This document shows positions 49,573 to 61,131 of a stretch of 64,000 nucleotides of DNA, piece after piece. Below the pieces are notes generated by a model, which was not told the DNA's origin, did not search any database, and worked only from the letters and a program-made list of their open reading frames with translations. Source of the stretch: Ministeria vibrans ATCC 50519 (taxonomy: Eukaryota; Protista; Filasterea); NCBI GenBank assembly GCA_943704425.1, contig CALSCP010001127.1:5585-69584 (forward strand), given 5' to 3'. The position numbers and the translations under genes are program-made. How positions within the stretch are numbered: the stretch's first letter is position 1; every line of letters starts with the position of its first letter.

Positions 49573-50496
49573 CTACACTTGCAAATAATGTGCGTGCGTC
49601 TGACATTTTCCAATGTGAGCGACAAGCGTTGCAAAGCGCGCGTCAAGAGCACTCAGTTCGTCTGGTTTAACTACATCAGATCGTTGATGCCACTGTACGA
49701 GCTGTGCGACCAGTCGTTGCGAGAGGGGTCTGGCTCCGTTGAGTGCACTGAGAGTAGCTTGGTGAAACACACAGATGGGCGTGCGCATTTGCTCTGAAAA
49801 CAGAATCGCATTGGCAAGGGTTGTCGTCGACACACCCACGACAAATGCCTCATCGTTGTCAAAAAAGGCCAGACGATGCTGCGACGAGTCTGCATCGGGA
49901 CACTCGTTGATGTTGGTCGATGAGTAGCGATCGAGATTGCCAGTCAGAAAGTCAAAGAGGTGCATAGCAGCATAGTCACCGACGCGCACTCGCGCCTGGC
50001 TGCTCGCCCCGCGAATGTACTCAGTTGCCTGCAAGGTGGATGGATCGTCCGTGGCGCGAACGACACTCTGCCAGAGTGGCTCGACTGGCCACACCACACG
50101 ACACTGCGCCATGAACGGCGTCAAGGACCCCGTTTGCCTTCTGCCGTCTAGTATCACGTCGGTGCGCATCACAGTCTGCGGCACGTGCGACGACAGACCC
50201 AGCACAGCGGCCAGAGCCGAGGCAGCGACTTCGTGTGCTGGATGGGAGTGCGAGACGGACGGCTGAAGCGGCTTGAACAAATACGTGCGACCCTGCACGT
50301 CGTCAACGAGGCCCACTACGCTCTTTCCGCTCGTGCGAAGACGCCGAGCAGGCTGAATAAGTTCGACATGGACCAGATCCACTGGCTGTGCTGCTCGTCC
50401 GACACGAAACTGTGGGTGAGTGGTAAGAGTGTGCAAAAGCAACACACACCCCACAGCGATGACGCACGCAGCACGTCTACAAGCCACCCTGCGCAT
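49573..50496 (-). CDS. Secretory-pathway kinase of the Fam20/four-jointed-like group; intronless
   Basis: N-terminal signal anchor; LFKP, HEVAA, FDFLTGNLDR, FFDN, CVF..TL, ALDARF..LV.HI..C. Confidence 0.7.
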   Translation of the reverse strand: MRRVACRRAACVIAVGCVLLLHTLTTHPQFRVGRAAQPVDLVHVELIQPARRLRTSGKSVVGLVDDVQGRTYLFKPLQPSVSHSHPAHEVAASALAAVLGLSSHVPQTVMRTDVILDGRRQTGSLTPFMAQCRVVWPVEPLWQSVVRATDDPSTLQATEYIRGASSQARVRVGDYAAMHLFDFLTGNLDRYSSTNINECPDADSSQHRLAFFDNDEAFVVGVSTTTLANAILFSEQMRTPICVFHQATLSALNGARPLSQRLVAQLVQWHQRSDVVKPDELSALDARFATLVAHIGKCQTHAHYLQV

Positions 50497-50751
50497 TAAT
50501 ACACTCCAAATCAACACAACAGCAGCTGCATTCGTTCAGCCCAAACGTGAAATTGATTTAATTGAACTTAAGTCTTAAGCAAACAAACAAACTAAAAATC
50601 AGTCAGAGCGGACATCAATGAGTTACTTGACTGCATTGAAATAAGTATAAGTGACATATTCGTCTTGACGTCGATATCAGTCATGTTGCCCTCGCGTAGA
50701 CAATCATTTTCGTCAACAAGGGGAAGATGTAACGCGTGTGAAGCGTATTTT

Positions 50752-51702
50752 TTACGCGCTATGTTCGATAAGAAACGAGAGTGCCTCGGCAACATGCTCG
50801 CTGGTGTTCTCATGTTCGGAGAAGAGCACATTGAGTTCCTCTTCGAGAGCTGCGTGTGCTGTCGCGGGTACAGTTTGGTAGATGGCATGTGAAGGGCGGC
50901 TGAGCTTGCGCGGCGACATGACCAGCATGTTGTGTGCGTCCAGTGCGTGCGCCTTAACAAGTGCCTCGTATATTGCCTGTGCCATGGCAAAAGTCACTCC
51001 ATCATCTTTCAGACGAGAATGCAGCGTGGCTGCCGTGACGGGTTTCGGGTGACAGGCAAACTGGCGTGAAGCGATGCCGTTGGCCGTGAGCCGCGACACG
51101 GCGGCAGCAATGCCACTGGCCGACGCCCAACGGGTGTCACCTGTCATGTAAATAAATGCGGTTGAAGCCATGGATTTACTGCTGAGTGAAGTGAAATCGC
51201 CGGGTGACACAATGGAGAGGACCCCGGCCAGCTTGAGGGTGGACGACAGTGTTGTGGCAAATGTTCCGCCTGAGCTTGCACCGATGGCGAACACGGGCAG
51301 CTCGTCCAGCCTAGGCACATGCATGGCCTTGAGCGTGTCGACTGCTACACGCACACGGTCTCGCTCGCCCGCCTTCAGCGACCAGCAGCGTGAGCCAGTG
51401 CGATCTTCCGAGCCAACTGCGACTGGCAACAGACCGGCTTCAGTCGCCACTCGGACGATTTGACGATCTTCCGGTAGCGTCATCCAGTCGTCGGGATCAT
51501 GAGAGCAGCCATGGAAGAGAAGCGCAATGCCGCGCAATGGAGAAGGGGGCACAGTGGACGTGACAATCTCGACATTGTCGCCGAGAAACTGTTTGATGAA
51601 TTTAGGGTGTGTGCCATGCAAAACCGTCGAATTTTCGGTGGGCCACAAATAATAAATGCCAGCTGCAAGGAGTAGCAGCATGGCCATGGTTGATTTATTC
51701 AT
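50752..51702 (-). CDS. Secreted or membrane-anchored alpha/beta hydrolase; intronless
   Basis: N-terminal hydrophobic segment, LLFHGCSH, GASSGG nucleophile elbow, C-terminal EH. Confidence 0.75.
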   Translation of the reverse strand: MNKSTMAMLLLLAAGIYYLWPTENSTVLHGTHPKFIKQFLGDNVEIVTSTVPPSPLRGIALLFHGCSHDPDDWMTLPEDRQIVRVATEAGLLPVAVGSEDRTGSRCWSLKAGERDRVRVAVDTLKAMHVPRLDELPVFAIGASSGGTFATTLSSTLKLAGVLSIVSPGDFTSLSSKSMASTAFIYMTGDTRWASASGIAAAVSRLTANGIASRQFACHPKPVTAATLHSRLKDDGVTFAMAQAIYEALVKAHALDAHNMLVMSPRKLSRPSHAIYQTVPATAHAALEEELNVLFSEHENTSEHVAEALSFLIEHSA

Positions 51703-51844
51703 GCTGATAAAAAATGGATGGAAAATTCAAATTTGAAAATTCGAATCAATCATAAGTTCCTTTTCTCTTTCTTCATTCTTGTATCAGTAATTCTGAATTC
51801 AGTATTCAGCTGACACTCTTTTCCCTCTCTTTTGACCCCACCTC

Positions 51845-54800
51845 ATGCGACCACTTCTGTCACTGGTTGCACGACGTGGCCGGCAGTCGTTGATGGTGCA
51901 GTCGCGGCTGCCAAGCGTTGCATTGACGCACAGACGAACTTACTCGACGGAACGGTGGACCTTGGCCATGCCCAACCCGGCGCTGCTGCTCAACAACATT
52001 GCGAAACGCTATGAAAGTCTCGCACGCGTCCTGATGGAGTATATCGACAACTCTTTTGACAATTTCGAACGATGGTATGAGAATAGTGTTTTTCGTCTTC
52101 GTCTTTGTCTTCCCGCCCTCTCACTCTTGTACCGTCGCCACCCCCCTGCCGTGCACCATGCAGCTACGACCCCAAGACGAACACGTACACGCCGACGTGG
52201 CTCCCCCACGGCGAGAGCTGTCGCGTTGTGGTGTCGTACAACCGTCGCGTCCGGTCGATATCCATCCACGACAATGGCATTGGAATGGACCGTGAGACGG
52301 TAAGCGCCATGGCGGCCCCGCCCAGCGCATGCCGCGCCCGACACTGCACGTGCACATGCCTCTTTCTAACGCGTGTCTTTTGCGTCGTGCCCCACAGCTC
52401 AACCGTCTTGTGTCGGGCATTGGCGCGTCCGTCAAGTGTGAAGACAACGCCACCAACGGCCGCTTTGGGTTTGGAATCCACGCCTTCCGCGCCTGCGCCA
52501 AGTACGTGACACTGTTATCGCTACTCTCATTCTTTCTCTCTATCGCTTTCTGTCACTTTGCGTGACATTGTTTCTTCCCTTGCTTCTGTTATTGCCCGAC
52601 TTCGTTTCTCTCTTTGCTTCTCTCTCTTTGTTTCTTCCCCTTCGTTTCTCTTTCTCTTACTTTGGTTCTATTATTGTACGACATTGTTTCTCTCTCTCTT
52701 TGCTTCTCTCTCTTTGTCTCTTTCCCGTTGTTTCTCTCTCTCTTACTTTGGTTTTATTATTGTACGACCACTCTCTCTCAGCTTCTCTCTCTCTTTGTTT
52801 CTTCCCCTTTGTTTCTCTTTCTCTTACTTTGGTTCTATTATTGTACGACCTCTCTCTGTCTTTGCTTCTCTCTCTCTTTGTTTCTTTCCCTTCGTTTCTC
52901 TTTCTCTTACTTTGGTTTTATTATTGTACAACATTGTTTCTCTCTCTTTGCTTCTCTCTCTTTGTCTCNNNNNNTTCTCTCTCTCTTTGCTTCTCTCTCT
53001 TTGTCTTTTTCCCGTTGTTTCTTTCTCTCTTACTTTGGTTCTATTATTGTACGACCTCTCTCTCTTTTGTATTATTGTACGACCTCTCTCTCTTTTGCTT
53101 CTCTCTCTCTTTGTTTCTTCCCCTTTGTTTCTCTTTCTCTTACTTTGGTTCTATCACTCTACTATTACTTTGTTTCTCCTTTGTTTCTCTCTTTTGCGTG
53201 CGTACGTGTTTGTGTTTTCTTGACACTGCGACAAATTTGTAATAGAGTTTTGACCGTGACGACACGTCCAGATATCAACCAGCCTGCTTCAAGGTTCTCC
53301 ATTAGCCGAGCAACCGTAAGGCAATGGTTTGTTTCAATATTCTTACATATATATGGCTTTTGTCGATAGGCTGATCAGCAGATGCCCGAGGAGTTCATCC
53401 CCGAACCCAATCATCCGCTTGAGACACAGACTGGCTCCATTTTCACCCTTCATGAGATTGACCCTCACAGTCTCGACCAGTACAGCCCAACACGTTTGAT
53501 AGGGGAGATTGAGAACCACTTTGAGGTACTGCTGGGTCGAAAGAATGTCTCTGTTGCGGTGCACAATGCTTTTTCTGACGAGGTGAGCAGACGATTAGGA
53601 GAAAAGTAACAAATTGTTAACACCTTGAGAATAGACCAAGGACTGTCTCCCGTTTGACTATGGCACGGTGGGCGGCAAAGTGAGCATCAACGAAACACTT
53701 TCGTCGTCAGACAGTTCAGTTGAGGCGCGTGTGCGTTTGGTGGTACGAAAATAAACCGGAGCGAGACGGGGGGAGTTCCATTTTCTGTCTTCTCTGTAAA
53801 TGCTGATTCGACAGAGTAGGTGTCTGATCATGAGACCATTTCGAGCAACAACCGACCGCGCTTCTTCTACGTGGGCCGTCGCATTGCAGATGTGGGCAAG
53901 GTACGGATGGAGAGCAAAGTGTCAAGTGGGACGTGACTGACAGTGTGCTCGCACAGATGGCGTCGTTCATGAAAGTGTCCAAAGCCAAAGGGTCGCTTTG
54001 GTCGCATCCACATCTGACTGGCTACATTGAGCTGGTGAGTCACAACATTGAGCCCGTCATTACACGCGATGAGTTCCACAACAACAACTCACTTCGCACC
54101 GCCTACAAGCTCATTGCGGACCTCGAGGTATTTTTTGTCTGTTTTTTTTTTCACCTCTTGGAAGTTCTACTTGTTGCGCTTCTTGTGGTTTCAGCTGTTT
54201 GTCTTTTTGGCTTTGTTTGTCTCACTTTGTTGGATTTCGATGTAGCCCAAGTTGCAAGAGAGCGTCGAGAAAGTGATTGAGGAGAGGCGGGTTCATGCAA
54301 TGGACGTGCTGGGCAATGTGCTCAGCAGTGTGCTCAACTCGGTTGCGCGTGTGGACGCCCGTCGCAAGCGTGATCTTCAGGGCGAAGCTGACTCTATTGA
54401 CGTGTCTGAGCATGAACCGGAAAAGCGTCAATATAAGAAATCGACCATGACGGAGGAAGAGAGAGGTCAGGGAAGCATCGTTGCGATTTCAATGCCGATA
54501 CACAACCACTGAACTGTACCTGTAGAAGAGGCCAAGCGCAAGCGTAACTTCAAAATTGCCTTTGTGCGAGACGGATTCCGCCAGACGGGCGAGGCGTTTG
54601 GAAACCGGGCGTACGTTGCCAACGACACTATCCACATCAACACACAACACCCCGACTTTGTCAGTCGCGTCGGTCACAGTACCACCAGGCTCATTTCAGA
54701 GCAGCTCTCGCAGTATGTTGCTTCTCCTGCTCCCCCAATGCCCTCTTACCGTCTTTTTTCCCCTTTTTTCTTTAGCTACCTTTCTCAGCTGGTGGCCTTC

Positions 54801-55007
54801 CATTTCCGCGATGAATCGTACAAGAAGAAGGACGTCCATCCTGCGCGGTACCATTTGCATCACCTTTGCCGCACCAACTCGCTCATTTTGTATCTTTATA
54901 GCGCCGAGTTTGCCGAGGATCTTGTTTCAGCGTCGCTGCTTGTCGAAGAGCATCTCAAGATGATGGCAAAGAAGAAGCGCAAGGGTGCAAAGTCTTTGGA
55001 TGAATAA
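51845..55007 (+). CDS. GHKL (HATPase_c_3/MORC-like) ATPase with putative mitochondrial presequence
   Basis: Spliced Bergerat-fold boxes MEYIDNSFD, DNGIGM, GRFGFGIHA, TGSIFTL. N-terminus is Arg-rich and acid-free, ending RRTYS. About 10 introns. Confidence 0.75.
52600..53170. repeat. Intronic pyrimidine-rich minisatellite (about 80-90 bp unit containing TCTTACTTTGGTTYTATTATTGTAC)
   Basis: About 6-7 imperfect copies with a 7-N gap inside. Confidence 0.9.
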
Positions 55008-55210
55008 TAGTATTATTATTAACATTATTCGTGAATTAATTGGACATCGAGTCACAAGACTTTGTAACATGCATTTGGATTAGTTTGTAGTTGTGGTATG
55101 CGTATGTGCATCACTATTCAGACAATAGATTTGGATCAATCTTTGAGATGATTGAAAATTGACTAAAATCAAAAATGAGCTGAATTCAATCTTTTTGTCA
55201 TCTTTTTGTC

Positions 55211-56368
55211 ATGTCTTCAAACCACAATAACGAAGCGGCAGGGCATGTTCCGTCCATTCCAGCGGAGGGACACATTGCTATTCAATCCGGAGTGTGCGCT
55301 CTCGTCTTCGGCTTTGGCCTGGCCACTTTCTTCTTGAGCGAAACGTAAAACCGGGCGCGGTCGTCGCTCGACCAACGGCGATTGACGTCTCTTCGCGCTG
55401 TGTCTCCTTCTCTCTCGTTCTCCTTTCAGGATGTGGCACGTCGGGGCGTACATGGTCTTCCTGGGCTTCTTCCACTGGTGCGAGTACATGCTTACAGCGG
55501 TGTACAACCATCCGCGCCTCTCCCTCGACTGTACGTTCCTCCATTCCATCTTTTCCCTTCTTCACCAATCCCACGCCATCATCTTCTGTGTGTTCCACTC
55601 TGCAGCGTTTCTTCTCAATCACAGTCCCGCCTACCACGCGGCAGCCGTCGCCGCCTGGGCTGAGTTCGCTCTGGAGTACATGTATGCGCCCGAATGGAAA
55701 CAAGCCTCCGCGCTCGCCTACGTCGGTCTCCTGCTGGCCTTTGTCGGCGAAGCCACGCGTGTCTACGCCATGATCACGGCGAAACACAACTTTTCACATA
55801 TTGTTCAGTTTCAAAAGGCCAAAGGTCACGTTCTGGTCACCAACGGGATCTATGGGTAAGAAGCGACTAGCAGAGGGAATTGGACTGATTGGGTCACACA
55901 CACGCCCACTCACCATAACACACCACAAAGACGCACAAAGACGCACACCACAAAGACGCACACCACAAAGACGCACAAAGACACACACCACAAAGACGCA
56001 CAAACACACACACCACAAAGACACACACCACAAAGACGCACAAAGACACACACCACAAAGACACGTACCGCAAAGACACACACACACACATTTACACACA
56101 CTGTATTAGGCTGGCACGTCACCCTGCGTACATGGGCTGGTTCCTGTTCAGCGTGTCGACACAGCTGTTGCTGCAAAATCCCGTATGTCTTGTGGCTTAT
56201 GCAGTGGTGAGCTGGCGCTTCTTCAACGAGCGCATCCACGACGAAGAGATTGGCCTGCTGAGTTTCTTTGGCAAAGACTACATCAACTACCAAAAGAGCG
56301 TGTGGTCGGGCGTCCCCTTTGTCAAGGGCTACATTCTCTCGGAAGAGGAGGTGCGCAAGCTGCAATAG
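55211..56368 (+). CDS. ICMT: Isoprenylcysteine carboxyl methyltransferase
   Basis: FFHWCEY, FLLNHS..Y, NFSHIVQ...HVLVTNGIYGWARHPAYMGWF, RIHDEE..L..FFG.DY..Y. Confidence 0.95.
55915..56100. repeat. Intronic (CACACCACAAAGACGCACAAAGA)-type minisatellite
   Basis: Seen directly in the last ICMT intron. Confidence 0.9.
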
Positions 56369-56438
56369 AACTTGAGGGAAACAAATGATAAAAAAAAAAT
56401 TGTACGATTGAAATTTACAATGCAATTAAAACAGACCA

Positions 56439-57829
56439 TCAGAGAAACGCCTTGAGGTGGTCCATGATGGCACGAATGCCAAGCGCATAGCCATCACAAT
56501 GCCCATTGTCAAGCTGAGGGAACACATGAGCAAAGTCGATGGCACGGGCCTCGACCGCAGACGGAGGGAGGTCGCACGTAGGGCCAACACTCAAGGGCGC
56601 CCCCTCGTAGATAAGCAGCACCGACGACGAGTAGAAGCGAAACACGCGCTGCTGCTGTGCCCACGCCAGTAAATTCCCCAGACGGCTCAGCAACGCCGGT
56701 ACCACGTCACGCCGCAGCACCGTTCCCGACGCTTCGCACTGGTCAGGGTCACCCCCGCCACTCAGAAACGCTTCAAATCCCGTTCCGACTGTTGCTTCGT
56801 CCAGTGACCGCCCATACGTGCGAGGATACGTCCGAAACGTGTCACTTTTTCGCTCGTGTACTCGCATTCCCACTATTCGAAAGCCCAATCGCTCCTGAGG
56901 AGGGTACTGCAACCGATACACAAGGGAAAACACGATGAAACGCGATGTGAGTTTGTGTACCGTTGCAAAGTGCGCGCATACCTTTGTGCGCTCTCGCTCA
57001 ATCTTCTCAGGCGTGGCCAATTCGTCGTAAGTGCGAGTGCCAATTTTGATGTCCATAATGCAGGGGCGCCGGAAGCGACGTGTGAGGTCCTCCAGCTTGA
57101 GATACAGCGCCTGCTGATACTCGACAACACCATGGAAGAATGGTACAATTTCCTTGGTCCATCGCAGCGCTGTATCCCACTCCTCGGCAGTGACGGACGC
57201 AGTGGACGACGATGTCGACGACAGCGTATACGATGACGACGACGACGAGGCATCGTCGCTCGTCGACAGCGTTTCAAAAGCACTCAGAAGATCGACGCCA
57301 TCAGGACCCGCCTGAACCGTCTCGTGAAACAGCAGCTTGTAAAACTGAAAGAGAAGCGACACGGGGTGAGGAGGAATTGCAACACACGTTGATGCTTACA
57401 TCAGCTTCCTTCTCGCCGCGGCCGCGCGTCTGCAGCGGCTTGAAGACATAGCCTTCGGACGACTGCAACATAGGCAGGCCGGACGACTTGTGCCCGCCCA
57501 CCTGCGACGCAAGCACCTGCAGCGGCTCGCGCTCAACGGGCGGCTCGTCTTCTCCAATGGAGAGCTACTCAAGAATGGTAAGTAGCACACGAGAGTGCGA
57601 GAGAGTGCAAGAGAGGGAAAGAAAAGGAAAAAAGAAGAAAGAAAAAAAAAACACGACAAGACAAAGAAGGAGCGACTGCTGGTCGCACATACACAAAGGA
57701 GGAGTGTCCAATGCCACTTACATGGGCAATGCACGCAGCCGTGTGCGGCACACTCGTCTGCGTGGCCAGGGGAGGAGGGCAGGACGCACACTCAACCATC
57801 CCATCCTGCGGCGCCTCCGTCTCGCGCAT
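56439..57829 (-). CDS. IPMK: Inositol polyphosphate kinase (IPMK/Ipk2-like)
   Basis: QVGGH, PCIMDIKIGTRTY (PxxxDxKxG), FYSSSVLLIYE, IDFAH. The start exon is tentative. Confidence 0.8.
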
Positions 57830-58075
57830 TGCGGCACTGCACACGACCGTACAAGGCCGTACAAACCCCTGAGTGACCGTACAACACCGCACGAGTGCTA
57901 CACGAAACAGAGTGAGACTGTGAGAGAAATCAGAAAAGGAGAGTAGTCAATAGTTCGTATGTCAAGTGTCAACCATTTACCATTCGCATTCTTTAATCTT
58001 TTTGACTTATCTACTGAGTGTAGTCAGTGAGCTGTGAGCAGTGTTCTTTATTCCTTCGTTTAACATCTCTGGTAG

Positions 58076-58935
58076 ATGTCTGACCCTGATAAGGTGGTGG
58101 ATCGGGCGAATGCTGATCGCGAGTGCTGGATTATCAAAGTAAGGGACATTGTGCGCTTGTGTGGTCTGCGCCACGCTCACAGATGCTCCAAAGGTCCCCG
58201 AGTATGTGGCCAAGGTGTGGAATGAGGCAGATGACATGAGTAACGTGGGCGTTCTCCGAACTTACGCGTAAGACAAACGAGAAAAGGAAAAACATTCGAT
58301 GTGAAACGTTTCTTCCTCTCCTCAGAAACCCAACCAATGCAAAGCAGACCAAGGTGAGTTGAGGGCAGGCACTGCAGCGACGTACTATTGTATTGCTTTG
58401 CAGGAGATACTGTATGTGAAGAACTTGGAGGAAGGCCTCAACGGGCTGGGAGTGGAGCAGCGGCCGTCGCGCGCCCCTCCGTCCACGCTCATTGTGTCCG
58501 CCGAGACTGACGGCTGTACGTTCCTCTGTGTGTCGTTCTGTCAGCCGTGCACCGTGCCTTGCTCCTACTCACTTGCCCTCTCCTCGTCCGCCGTAGCGAG
58601 ATTGCGTCTGGAAGGACAGCAGAAGCGCCGACTGGATCTTCAGCCGCAGCGCAACGAACGCTACCGCCAATATATCCAGTATGCATTTTGATGGGTGCCG
58701 TTGCTTCTTTGCGAATGGGTCCTTTTACTTCTGTGTAGGGAACGACGAGCAACCGTAGAGCAAAAGAAAGAAGTGGTTATGATCGACGAGACGGCCAACA
58801 AATCCTTTCGCCCGACCATTGGTCAGACTGTTGAAGAGGTACGCACACGGGGAAAGAGAACAAAGTGGTTAAAGAGACGAGGGGAAAGGAGCAAAGTTAT
58901 AGAGAGTGAGTGTGTGCATGATGACGTGTATGAAT

Positions 58936-58997
<62 letters not shown>

Positions 58998-59362
58998 ATC
59001 TAATGTATATGTAATGTGATGTATGCTGTGGTAGGGTCGCGAGGAGAAACGACGTCGCGTCGAGTCGCGTCGGGATCGAATTCCCGCCGAAGAGCTGCGC
59101 GGAAAACTGTTTGGGTAAGTCTTATCATTGTTGTTATGGTTGGTGTTGTTGTTCGTGCGCGCGTGTCGACTGTCTGACTCGATGTTTCGCACTGTGTAGG
59201 CTCTTCTCTAAGCATGAGTACTACAGTTTCAATGACTTGGCGTCACTGACTGAGCAGCCGCGCGAGTACCTCAAGACCATTACTTCAGTCCTGTGTCAGC
59301 CGGGCACTGGTGTGAACCGCGCGAAACTCATGCTTCGTCCCGAATTCCGCATTTCACACTGA
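58076..59362 (+). CDS. GTF2F2: TFIIF beta subunit (RAP30)
   Basis: CWIIK|VPEYVAKVW at the N-terminus and a winged-helix C-terminus LFSKHEYYSFNDL..LTEQPREYLK...LRPEF. Confidence 0.88.
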
Positions 59363-59570
59363 AGAATCTGATTGTATTTTAATTTGCTATCATAAACGAT
59401 GAAAAAAAATATTGTTACGATTGTGAATTGTCGTCAATCAAAACTCAAAAGAGGAATTATTAATCGTTTTATTCATAATTCACTATAAAATTTAATTCTG
59501 ATTGACTATTCACTTGGAAATGTCTTCTTCAGTCTTCACTTATTTCACTATTGTTTTTTTTAACTCTGTG

Positions 59571-61131
59571 ATGCTTCGCTTAACGACCCTCCAATCGTCG
59601 CCCGAAAGATGGAAGCGGCAAATGGGTGTGCGTATGATGAGCAATGGGTCGATTCGCGACAAATTTGCCGCACTGATCGCTAAAGGCAAACAATACATTG
59701 CGGGCGCGAAAGAAGTCGTCAACAACGGCAAGCTCGCCATTCCCATCCAGCAGCGAATGTCGCGTGGAGAGGTGGTGCCTCTTGCGGATGCTCAAATGGT
59801 CTACGAGAACCGTCGTGATCTCCGAAAACTCATCCCCTTTGCGCTGCTCGCCGTCCTCCTGCCCGAAGCGATTCCGGCCGTCGTCTATGCCCTGCCGCGA
59901 TCGCTCCCTTCCACCTTTGAGTCTGCGGAGGAGCGCGACGAACGCTACTCCAAGCTGATCGACAAGCGCACTCTGCTTGTCAACGAGAGCGCAGACCTCC
60001 GCAAACGCTTTCAAACGACATCAGACGCGAACGCAACGCTTGCCAGCGCAACGCACGCCGAACGAGAACACGCTGAGCGCATTCTTGACTCGCTCCTGGC
60101 CGTACCCTCCTTTCTGCCTGCGTTCTGGCGCAAGCATTCTCGAGGGAACCGTCTGCTAGAACTCAAGATGCACGATGAGGTACGCACGGGTTAACAGAGA
60201 CACGCACAGCCTGGTCATTCATTCTCTTCATTGCAGCTCCTTCGAAAACACATTGTGGACCATGACACAGCAACGCGCGACATGCTCATGCACCTTTGCT
60301 ACCAGCGCGCGCTTCCATCCGTTGACACCGTCCGAGACACCTCATTCTACTTGAGTGAGCTTCGTTCAGTACGACAACATTGCAAAAACCCGTACTACTC
60401 TCTAACTCTGTACGCTTCAGTGGTTGACGAACACACAAGGCGTGCAGGACGCTGCAGGTTTGCAAGGACCTCTCTTGGCCAATGTATTCCGAGTGCGCCA
60501 CCTTCAAAATAACAGCGAAAAGAACGAGCCGCTGATGCAGAGAATGGCACCGTCGCATGCCATGCAAAACGAAGAAGAGAAATCCAACGTACCGCACGTC
60601 GGCCAACTCGACATGCGCGTGGGCATCGTTCAGAATGTCAAGCGGCACCCGGATGCGGATCGGCTTTACGTTGAACAGGTGCCTGGCCAAGGAGCACGAG
60701 ATGCAATTTTCCTCTCAACGCCCACTATGTAGGTTGACGTTGGTGAAGCGACACCCCGCACCATTGTAAGCGGCCTGGTGCAGTGGATGAGCGCAGACGA
60801 GCTGGAGAGGCGCAAAGTAGTTGTCCTGTGCAACCTGCCCGTGTCGTCGATGCGTGGTGTCCCATCGCAGGGGATGCTTTTGTGCGCCGTCTCGCCCACT
60901 GCAGTCGAGCCTATTGCCGTGCCTGACTTTGCCAAGCCGGGCGACCCCGTTGTCTCACCTCTATGGCTTTCCGAACCTCAATCTCCGACAAAAAAGATGC
61001 GGAAGATCTGGCGCGCAGTCGCACCCAGTCTGCGAACAAATAGCGACGGCGTGGTCGAGTACAAGGGCACCCCTCTGCTTGTTCACGACACACCCTGCCA
61101 GTCGTCCCTCTGCGACTCTCCCATTCAGTAG
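59571..61131 (+). CDS. LETM1/LETMD1-family protein fused in frame to an EMAP-II/Arc1p-like tRNA-binding OB domain
   Basis: LETM1 part: RRDLRKLIPF...LP..LPSTFES, CYQRAL, ELRSWL. tRNA-binding part: LDMRVG...HPDADRLYVEQVDVGE..PRTIVSGL...CNL...MRGVPSQGMLLCA. Phase-0 introns 60180-60236, 60369-60420 and 60679-60732, with no stop between the domains. Confidence 0.7.

Noticed and set aside
52558-53369. Long hydrophobic ORFs in three frames
   Set aside because: They are translations of a pyrimidine-rich intronic minisatellite within the GHKL gene.
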